Source: Schmidtea nova (taxonomy: Eukaryota). Taken from it: a stretch of 64,000 bases of DNA. The notes below the pieces were generated by a model. That model did no database searches and was not told the DNA's origin. It was given only the letters and a program-made list of their open reading frames with translations. Where the stretch lies: assembly GCA_044892505.1 (NCBI GenBank), contig CM097884.1, forward strand, positions 36,642,001 to 36,706,000. Reading direction: 5' to 3'. Of this stretch, positions 52,101-59,900 are shown piece by piece; the stretch's first letter is position 1, and each line of letters begins with the position of its first letter. A program made the position numbers and the translations under genes.

Positions 52101-55100
52101 ACGTTCAACCGGTGACGAGAATCATCAATCCACCAGGGTTTGAACCAAATCCATTCAACTGTAGTAATGCGTATGGACCGCTTTATCAAAAACCAGATGG
52201 TAAATGGGTTATGTTCCCAGGAAGATCCGAAGTGATAGCACCAAGAGAATTCGAGCTAATGCAGTTGTCAAAGGATAGGCAATTCAGCGACGTAGATGTC
52301 TCAAACAACGGAATATATAGTCCAAAGGATTTAGAAGCAGCAAGGCAGAATATATTATTCCCGGCAAGAAGAGAAGCATTACTGTCAAATATCGTAACGA
52401 TAACGGGAGGAACGGATTATCGAGAAGGACCGAATTATGAACTGTTGTTGTCACCAGCACATTTCAAGAAAGCCACCGAAAATATGATGAAAGCAATGTG
52501 GGGAAGATTTCTGATATTCGGACAAATGATGGCTGGAATACTGGGGGTTATATTAATAATACAAATCGTCAGAGTGATAATAACGCAAATGCTCGCGTGT
52601 TTTGACATCTACAAGAGAGAAAAGAAAGTGAATTGGAAAATGGTAGTAGGGTTTTTACCATTCCTCGCGAAGACGATGGTGTTGCACGGACACTCAAAGG
52701 ACATACATCGAATAAAGAGATTGTTGAAGATACTCGCAAAAATGAAGGGAACAGATGAAGAAGTAGGACGAAAATTTAAAAAGATAATGGATGACGAACA
52801 AGCAAGACAACAGCTCAAGAGAGAAAGAAAAGGTTTATGGGAGAGGATGAAAGGATATAAAACCCAAAATGATTCGAGTGACGACGACGATGACGATGAC
52901 GACTATAAGGGAGGACAAGTGTATAAGAACCAAGCACCCCAATACATCGAAAAGAATCCAGCCGACGCATGGAAATGTTACGCACCCCCACCAACCATGT
53001 ATCAAGAACCACTACAAGGAGGAAAAAATAGCACGATGCAAATGATGCCAATGACAAATGTATATCCCATGATACCAGAAGATTATAAAATGAGAAGATG
53101 TAGAAGCGTAGATCCACAAGGAGATACACACACGATCGCAGTAATGTCATCAAACACAGGTCCAGTATTAACCACGACAATAGAGATTAACGGAAGGGAA
53201 ATCGAAGCAATGATCGACACGGGAGCAAACATTTCCGCCATCGACATCAAATGGATACCACAAGAGCAAAGACGAGAAATAGAAAGGACAAACGTCCATG
53301 TAATTGCATGTAGCAAAGAAGTTGTAGAAGTAGCAGGAAGATGGTGGGTAAAAATACGCCATTTAAACACGGAAATCGATACGTACGTAGCAGTTATACC
53401 AGCATTAAGCGTACCTTGCATCATCGGAACAGATTTGATGCCAGCACTATTTAAAGAGATTGTAATCGACCTCGGAACAATGAGACTAAAGGATCGCACA
53501 GGACAAATATGCGCAATAGAAGCCAAAGTGACAAGTTCAAAGCAAATGATAATACCCGCAAGAAAGGAGAAAATATGTTACGTAAAAATAGATCCGACAA
53601 TCCAAGGGGATATGATTTTCGAACCAAGTAAGAGATTCGAGAAAAGAAAAGCGTTGCCAATGGCAAGAGGACTAGTTAACATAAACGACGATGGAGAAAT
53701 CCCAATAAACGTAGTAAACTTCGATGAAGAGGACAAAATAATATACGAAAACGAAAGATTAGGTAAATTAACCCCAATGATGGATATCGAACTACCAATA
53801 GAAGGGGCAGAGAAAGATAAAGAACCAACCTGGAATATTGATAGTGAATTATTAAATGAGGATCAAAGGAAGCAGCTAGAAAAACTCCTGATAGAGTATA
53901 AGGATATATTTGCAGCATCCGATTTAGATCTAGGAACATGTGAGGTCACACTACATACAATACCATTAACAGATGAAACACCAATTGCATTAAGGCCGTA
54001 CAAATTAGCGGAAGCACAGAAAGCAGTAGCAGAAGCAGAAGTGAAGAAAATGTTGGATGCAGAAGTAATCGAACCAAGTTGTTCACCCTGGCAATTCCCA
54101 GTGGTAATGGTAAAGAAAAAAGACGGAACACAGAGATTCTGCATCGACTATCGAAGATTGAATACAGTGACAAAAAGGGATACTTACCCATTACCAGACA
54201 TTAATGAAATGCTATTAACATTACAAGGAGCAGCATATTTTACGTCGTTAGATCTGAAAAGCGGATATTGGCAAATAAAAATGAAGGAAGAAGATAAGGA
54301 GAAAACTGCCTTTACCATCGGGAGAGATTTATATCAATTTCGGAAAATGCCATTTGGATTAACGAACGCACCAGCATCATTTCAGAGATGCATGAATTTC
54401 GTCACCCACGGAATAAAGCAGTGCATGGTCTACATCGACGACTTATTGATTTACTCTAGTACATTCGAACAACACATACAGGATATTCGAGATGTATTCG
54501 TTAGACTTAGACAATGGAAGTTAAAACTCAAGCCATCAAAATGCGATTGGGCAAAAGAAAAGGTTACATTTTTAGGACATATAGTGTCAGCAAAAGGAAA
54601 AGAACCGGATCCTAGAAACATCGACAAGGTAAAAGAATGTCCAGCACCAAAAACAATAACCCAAATACAAGAATTTCTCGGACTATGTGGATATTATAGA
54701 AAGTTTATAAAAGATTACGCCGGAATAGCAAAACCTATACAGGAGCTGGTAAAGAAAGATGTATCATTCATATGGGGAGACGAACAGCAAACAGCATTCG
54801 AGACATTAAGAGATAAACTGATAACCGCACCCATATTGGTACACCCAGACTTCAAGAAGCCATTCCTACTTGCAACAGATGCAAGCGGATATGCAGCAGG
54901 AGCCGTATTAGGACAATACGACGACGAAGGAAAAGAACGGGTAATCGGATATTATAGCCGGACATTCAAAAAGCATGAGAAAAATTACTCAGTAACAGAA
55001 CGGGAAGCATTAGCAATTATATTAGCTATTAAACACTTTAAATATTTACTATGGGGTCACATCATCTGCATAACAACAGATCACCAACCGCTTGTATGGT

Positions 55101-56908
55101 TAGGACAGCACAAGGAAACATCCAGTAGATTAATGCGATGGGCAATGCAGTTACAGGAGTACTCACCAGACATAAAATTTAAATCAGGACGAGCGAATGC
55201 GAATGCAGATTGTATGTCAAGACTGACATTTCCAGAACTAACCGATCCTGATGTACAACGAATTTGTGTATTAATAGCGGAGGATTTAGATTTTAGTGAG
55301 TTAAAGAAAGATCAACAAGAAGACAAAGAATTAGGACAAATCATAGAGTTCCTAACATCTCGAAATATGGAAGTATTCAAGGATAATAAGGAACTAAAGG
55401 AACATATAGGAAAATATCAACATCGCTACATAATAAATAAAGGATGGTTGTTAATACAAGACGGAGAAAAGAGATTGATGTGTTTACCGGAAAACAGAAG
55501 GAAAGAGATAATGATCCAGTACCATGATGGGAAATTAGGAGGTCATATGTCCGAGAAGAAGACAATAAATCGTATGAGACAAAAATATTATTGGCGAACA
55601 ATGGAGGAAGATATAAAAGAATGGATTAAAAATTGTCTAACTTGCGCAACCAGAAAGGATAGTGGGAAGAAATGGAAGAACCCACTACAACCAATGCCAA
55701 TACCAGCAGAGCCAATGACAACTATAGCAATGGACGTAATAGGACCATTACCAGAAAGTTTAAACGGAAATATTTATATATTGGTAATAACGGATTATCT
55801 GACGAAATTCCCGGAAGCATTTGCCATGCAAGACCAAAAAGCAAAAACCGTAGCAAAAATTCTAGTGGAAGAAATATGTTGCAGATACGGAACTCCAAAA
55901 CAAATACTCACAGACCAAGGAACTAATTTTATGAGTGAATTATTGAACGAGGTGACAAACTACTTCAGAATAGCAAAATTGAGAACTTCACCATATCACC
56001 CGCAAACGAATAGACAAACGGAGCGATTCAATGGTACATTGATCAGAATGTTATCAAATTACGTCAGCAGACATCAAACTGATTGGGACGAATACATAAA
56101 ATTATGTTTAATGGCATACCGAATGTCGATACATGCAGCAACAAAACTAAGCCCATTTCAACTTATGTATGGAAGAGAATGCAACATGCCCATAGATTTA
56201 GAGTATCAGCCACCATTATCGCAATATATGGAAGATGACGACTACGTAACCAAATTCAAAGAAAGAATGCAGGAAATATGGAAAACGGCAGAACTCAACA
56301 TTAAATTTTATCAGGAAAGTTATAAGGACTTACACGACCAAAAGAAAAATGTTAAAGCGAACGATCTAAAACCAGGAGATTGGGTGATAATAGAAACTCC
56401 CGAAATAATACCAGGAACTGTTAAGAAACTCCAAAGACCTGGAAGAGGACCTTATGAAATTATATACAAAAAAGACAATAATGTCAAAGTTAAGCTAGTA
56501 AATCGACCATTAATACGACCCATATATGTAAACACTTGCAGATGTAAGAAAGTACCTAAAACGATAACTACAACACCAGAGAATCGAATAATAACCAGAT
56601 CACAAACAGCCAGGATAAATATGCTCAGAGCTAATGCAACTGAAGACGACAAAGCAGAAATAAGGCAAAAAGAAATCAGAAATAAAGAAATTATATTGAA
56701 GGCGAGAGAGATAATGGGAAGATGGCATGTTAGAGACGAAGTAGGCATATCAAGGGATATTAGACATATAATTAGTCGTTACGCACAAGGATTACCAACC
56801 GAACCAATTATTTCTGAATTATTGGAAAAAATCCCTGAAATACTCTTATTGAAAGATGTAGGAGGACAACCAGCCTTACATAATGCGATAGAGTGTAAAA
56901 ACATTTAA
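49106..56908 (+). CDS. pol: Polyprotein part 2: Ubl, Bcl-2-like domain, signal peptide, chuvirus-like glycoprotein, aspartic protease, dUTPase-like spacer, RT, RNase H, integrase (GPY/F), first ankyrin repeat
   Basis: MIDTGA (~53216); YIDD (54431); ATDAS...EREALA RNase H; HHCC, MDVIGP, TDQG, ERFNGTL and RGPYEI integrase motifs. Same frame as parts 1 and 3. Confidence 0.95.
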   Translation: MVTRKATPIDLDGPETAAMWLEREKQKTEEFVEILKTNAHGKRKLIKGLADFFVVNGEDITCLRKVAKAIAEYKRVNEWCPEQLDHVIRKWRNQEFSQEIPQKVHLRIIYPNKDKEELWVGIAEKIRDIKKKLRYEPPFHLQHQGRSLDNSLEIGITPAQLDLMNTLTVEAIAGQPLKRKEENHKPHGSISTPSPMKSVLTPGTSSRRSETTPRGTRERTPPQPYDVDEILTDSDDMIEELTELTREKDDNIFERIQELPTTIQITNTGEAEVEEEIIIEEVNDLTEDETRGANVENVQLTQEMERWLEERANEPRDVTEETGRATRFVETGTGIDKRPRGRPKTDPATVVVRNKDEKRQDQWELCLRKLNKIAEMKEKETTPICQGEEWISKTIMEILAIIDPELRKYWRITEISEKAKSLHSAIAPILPEFIKEKTKSNHLDWQGTTTLIKKLTEGAETDNKYVIAIAYTIYNLLTLSRGLPKPTALERHIKNTAKIIAREIEPYVINKGGWETFIKTNQKKTQAKNMKKKFEKILEELAKEQAGTGNAKSSMNLSSIIMMMLIWMISTDSATAFEVFDCDQMKLGEKYSLRGTEQCKDATPVELQKIKKEQWYHVYQEAELIKTMVNECKVQKTRFAFYCGRGHYSAIVMPGTEREPIVLQGEDCEALFKHGEVTTRDKIKIRGKPGMMMQQTYYVAGRITGGEGYCQGETYPIFGVPATNLVVMDTYIVELKSYEAFFEPTTGEMKTLSMCKIDRSMCQTGMSTLVYKPKVNECQLQLLQGAKFDEIQGKTFQEEDEDDKDRAKHLKEALENKRQLKPDHREKRIEMRATPTVLITTNQDVGMRFIKGKATLKCSTTVYETNYPGIYVSKQEVPNAKPKIDTMDIKLHLYVNNKMDFLFHRGQASLQKVYYDLINNDCILNREILKTKLAVAITNPDSAMPLLPLREGHFGRVVGEAMYVYICEKTLAPLAATTQLKPGTCTNELEIDYKGKVRYVQPVTRIINPPGFEPNPFNCSNAYGPLYQKPDGKWVMFPGRSEVIAPREFELMQLSKDRQFSDVDVSNNGIYSPKDLEAARQNILFPARREALLSNIVTITGGTDYREGPNYELLLSPAHFKKATENMMKAMWGRFLIFGQMMAGILGVILIIQIVRVIITQMLACFDIYKREKKVNWKMVVGFLPFLAKTMVLHGHSKDIHRIKRLLKILAKMKGTDEEVGRKFKKIMDDEQARQQLKRERKGLWERMKGYKTQNDSSDDDDDDDDYKGGQVYKNQAPQYIEKNPADAWKCYAPPPTMYQEPLQGGKNSTMQMMPMTNVYPMIPEDYKMRRCRSVDPQGDTHTIAVMSSNTGPVLTTTIEINGREIEAMIDTGANISAIDIKWIPQEQRREIERTNVHVIACSKEVVEVAGRWWVKIRHLNTEIDTYVAVIPALSVPCIIGTDLMPALFKEIVIDLGTMRLKDRTGQICAIEAKVTSSKQMIIPARKEKICYVKIDPTIQGDMIFEPSKRFEKRKALPMARGLVNINDDGEIPINVVNFDEEDKIIYENERLGKLTPMMDIELPIEGAEKDKEPTWNIDSELLNEDQRKQLEKLLIEYKDIFAASDLDLGTCEVTLHTIPLTDETPIALRPYKLAEAQKAVAEAEVKKMLDAEVIEPSCSPWQFPVVMVKKKDGTQRFCIDYRRLNTVTKRDTYPLPDINEMLLTLQGAAYFTSLDLKSGYWQIKMKEEDKEKTAFTIGRDLYQFRKMPFGLTNAPASFQRCMNFVTHGIKQCMVYIDDLLIYSSTFEQHIQDIRDVFVRLRQWKLKLKPSKCDWAKEKVTFLGHIVSAKGKEPDPRNIDKVKECPAPKTITQIQEFLGLCGYYRKFIKDYAGIAKPIQELVKKDVSFIWGDEQQTAFETLRDKLITAPILVHPDFKKPFLLATDASGYAAGAVLGQYDDEGKERVIGYYSRTFKKHEKNYSVTEREALAIILAIKHFKYLLWGHIICITTDHQPLVWLGQHKETSSRLMRWAMQLQEYSPDIKFKSGRANANADCMSRLTFPELTDPDVQRICVLIAEDLDFSELKKDQQEDKELGQIIEFLTSRNMEVFKDNKELKEHIGKYQHRYIINKGWLLIQDGEKRLMCLPENRRKEIMIQYHDGKLGGHMSEKKTINRMRQKYYWRTMEEDIKEWIKNCLTCATRKDSGKKWKNPLQPMPIPAEPMTTIAMDVIGPLPESLNGNIYILVITDYLTKFPEAFAMQDQKAKTVAKILVEEICCRYGTPKQILTDQGTNFMSELLNEVTNYFRIAKLRTSPYHPQTNRQTERFNGTLIRMLSNYVSRHQTDWDEYIKLCLMAYRMSIHAATKLSPFQLMYGRECNMPIDLEYQPPLSQYMEDDDYVTKFKERMQEIWKTAELNIKFYQESYKDLHDQKKNVKANDLKPGDWVIIETPEIIPGTVKKLQRPGRGPYEIIYKKDNNVKVKLVNRPLIRPIYVNTCRCKKVPKTITTTPENRIITRSQTARINMLRANATEDDKAEIRQKEIRNKEIILKAREIMGRWHVRDEVGISRDIRHIISRYAQGLPTEPIISELLEKIPEILLLKDVGGQPALHNAIECKNI
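50768..52700 (+). CDS. env: Envelope glycoprotein region, Jingchuvirales/chuvirus G-like (putative class III fusogen)
   Basis: Signal SSIIMMMLIWMISTDSATA|FEVFDC; ECKVQKTRFAFYCG; YVNNKMDF...YYDLINNDC; GEAMYVYIC; NGIYSPKDLEAARQNILFP; TM at 52508-52600. The cysteine spacing matches my recollection of chuvirus G. Confidence 0.78.
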
Positions 56909-56953
56909 AGAGCAAAAGAATTCCTAAAAATCGCAAAAGAAACAAACCAAAAC

Positions 56954-59900
56954 TTGGACATAGGGAATCGGGAACAAGAAACTCCATTAATGACAGCCGC
57001 AATCCACCAAGCAGATAAAGAAATGATAGATCTATTGATAAAAGCTCATTTCAGTTGGACAGAACGAGATAGAGAGGACAAAACAGTGCTAAATCACGTA
57101 ATATGGAGTTCTCACCAACCAATGCTGAAATACATAATAGCTAACTCCACTTGGGAGATAGACGAACTAGTTAAAGGAGACATTATCAAAGAGGCAATCA
57201 AAATTGGTAAATGCAACACGATCCGTAAGTTAATCAAATGGAAACGACCAGAAGATGATACATGGGTCTTAGACATAAACGAAGTATACAGCGAAGGACA
57301 AAACGCACTGTTAAGATACCTTTTGAAATTTACTTGTGATCAGAAGACATTACTAACCTTATTAGACAGAGGAAACATAAACATCACAAAGAATGAAGAA
57401 GAATACAAATTCGATAAAGAGAAGGAAGCCTTATTCAATAAGATTAGGAAATGGTGTGCGAAACCACTTGATAAACTAATAACATACAAAGACATAAACA
57501 ATTTTAACGAGAAATACCAGACGATAGTAAGCGAATATGAGGAATTAGTAAAAATCTTAAACCATCCCGAAAAATGCAAACAGGTTTTAGAGAAAAAAGA
57601 AAGAGAAAGTAACAAGAAACTCACACCACTCTTCAAAGCAGAAGCACCATACCAAGCTAGACTAGATGCGATACAAGAAAAAGCAAAAGAATTGTTACCG
57701 GAATTCGAGAATAGTAAACATGCACTGGAAATACTCGGCGCATTAGTTGAAAAAGTACACGCATACGCAAAAGGAACTTACAACGGAAACGACATAGTAA
57801 TAATAAAAAAGGAGATGCCAGTAACATTCCTATTACCAAAAGACGGAATAATGCCCATACATAGAGCTTTACGAAATGGCAAAGATAGGAAAGTAATGGA
57901 AATTGCAAGAGTAATGCTAAATTGCGGAAGCAATATGAATATGATAGACGAGAAAGGAGATACACTTATGGTATTTGCAGCAAGGGCCAAAACGAAAACA
58001 AAGGTATTAGAAGAACTATACAAAGCAGGTGCAGGACTTACAGGAAAGACAGATAAAGATAATTCGATATTGGATGTAGCATTATTAACACACAATTGGG
58101 AAATGGTCAATTTCATTAAAACCGTCCCAAATCAGGAAGAAATAGATCACCTAACTGAGACGGTCAAGAAACCCAGTGTACTAGCAATGATGAACAACGT
58201 CGAATTAACAGAATCAATACTTACGTGGATAAATCCTAATACTAACGAACCAGCATTCAGGATTAATAAGTTTACAGAACATAACCAAAACTGGTGTATA
58301 AGAAGTGCCTTAATAACGTATAAATGGCCAGAGATATTGAAGATGTTTATGGAAAGAAAGGATCTAAGAATCACAACCAGCCCGAAAGAAGAAAAATACA
58401 CAGGCAAATGGAAAGAATTGATGAAGACATACATCAACAATTGGATCAAGGCCAAAAAGGAAATCTTAGAATATAAATCCACAAACAAAGTAATACCGGA
58501 GCAGGTAGAAACACAAGAATTTGAGGCAAGTAATCTAACGACATTAGCATATGCAAAATTGATAGAAGAAATCAATGTCGAGGACGACATTTTCGACGAG
58601 CCAGGGGGAGATGACAACACAGATAGTGACGACGGTAACAACTCAGAAAATTCAAGCGATCACGAACCACCCGATAAAGAGGAAAACGAGAGAAAAGACA
58701 AGAAACGAGACAAGGAAGGAAAGAAAGGTGAAGATGAAAAACAAAGAGATGAAGAGAGAGAACAAGGAACAAACGACCAAGGAGACACCCAAAGAACAGG
58801 TTATAAATCAACCATAAAACCATTCTTCAAACCAGAATTACTATTACTAACAATGATTATAACGTTAATTAATCCAAGTCAGGGAATGACATGTGAAGAA
58901 AGGGCAATAATACAAATAAAAAACGCAAAAGGAATCGAACGAGTATGTTGGTCGAAAAAGGACAAAACCACGGAACAAAATAGCCCGATGGATTGCAGAA
59001 TCTCAAAACACGAGCAAGAGATCATAGAGATCAATGACTTAGATCTAGATACCTGGTACAAAATATGCACCGTTAGAAAACAAAAGCATCCAAGATCACA
59101 CAACACAATCGCATGTGCAAAATACCAAACACCTAAAGCAGCCATGACAATACAACAGTCACCCAAAGGAGATTACATCCTCGGAAAATGTGGAAGAACA
59201 GAGACACAGGGAACAGAAAACAAAAAACCCCAGGTAATAGATAAGCAAACAACACCAACTATACGAATTACAATAAAGAGGCCCGAAGCAAGAGTTGCCA
59301 CAAACGAAACCGAAAGAGTGTCTTACCAAATGGAAGTATTATGCTTAGCACTCATACTAATAATGATAAAACGATTAGAGGAAGGAATAGAAATTGAAAC
59401 TATGACAATAACAGAAGTAGAAGATACACAGAATACTAACATAAAATGTTGGGCAAGGAATAACGAGGAAATCGGCGTAAATGAAATAAGGAAAAGTCGA
59501 AAACCAACAACGAATAAAGTAATTAAAGTATCCAAAGTAAAAGCGGATAAGACGTACAAACTATGCCTACTAGAAAAAGAGACAAACAAGAAAGGTACCA
59601 CAAAATGTAAAACATTCCAACCTGGAGAGGTAATAAAGTTCAGAAGGAGAACGAGGAAGAGAAATAAACAAATCAAGCAGAAACTAAACATAACATTAGA
59701 AATAAAAGAAATAGAACCAAATGTGAAAGGAGTATGCTGGAGGAAGTACGAAAAAGAAACGAATGAAAGAAAGACACCACAATGTCGAACAAGCACAGGA
59801 GCAACGACGATACAAATAAAAGGTTTAGAAAGTAAACAAACTTACGAAATATGTTTGGTAAAGAAAAATGATCAGATAACGATTAACGACCTAGAATGCG

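Noticed and set aside
52878-52910. DDDDDDDDYK resembling a FLAG tag
   Set aside because: Wrong order (FLAG is DYKDDDDK); it is a natural acidic GAC/GAT run.
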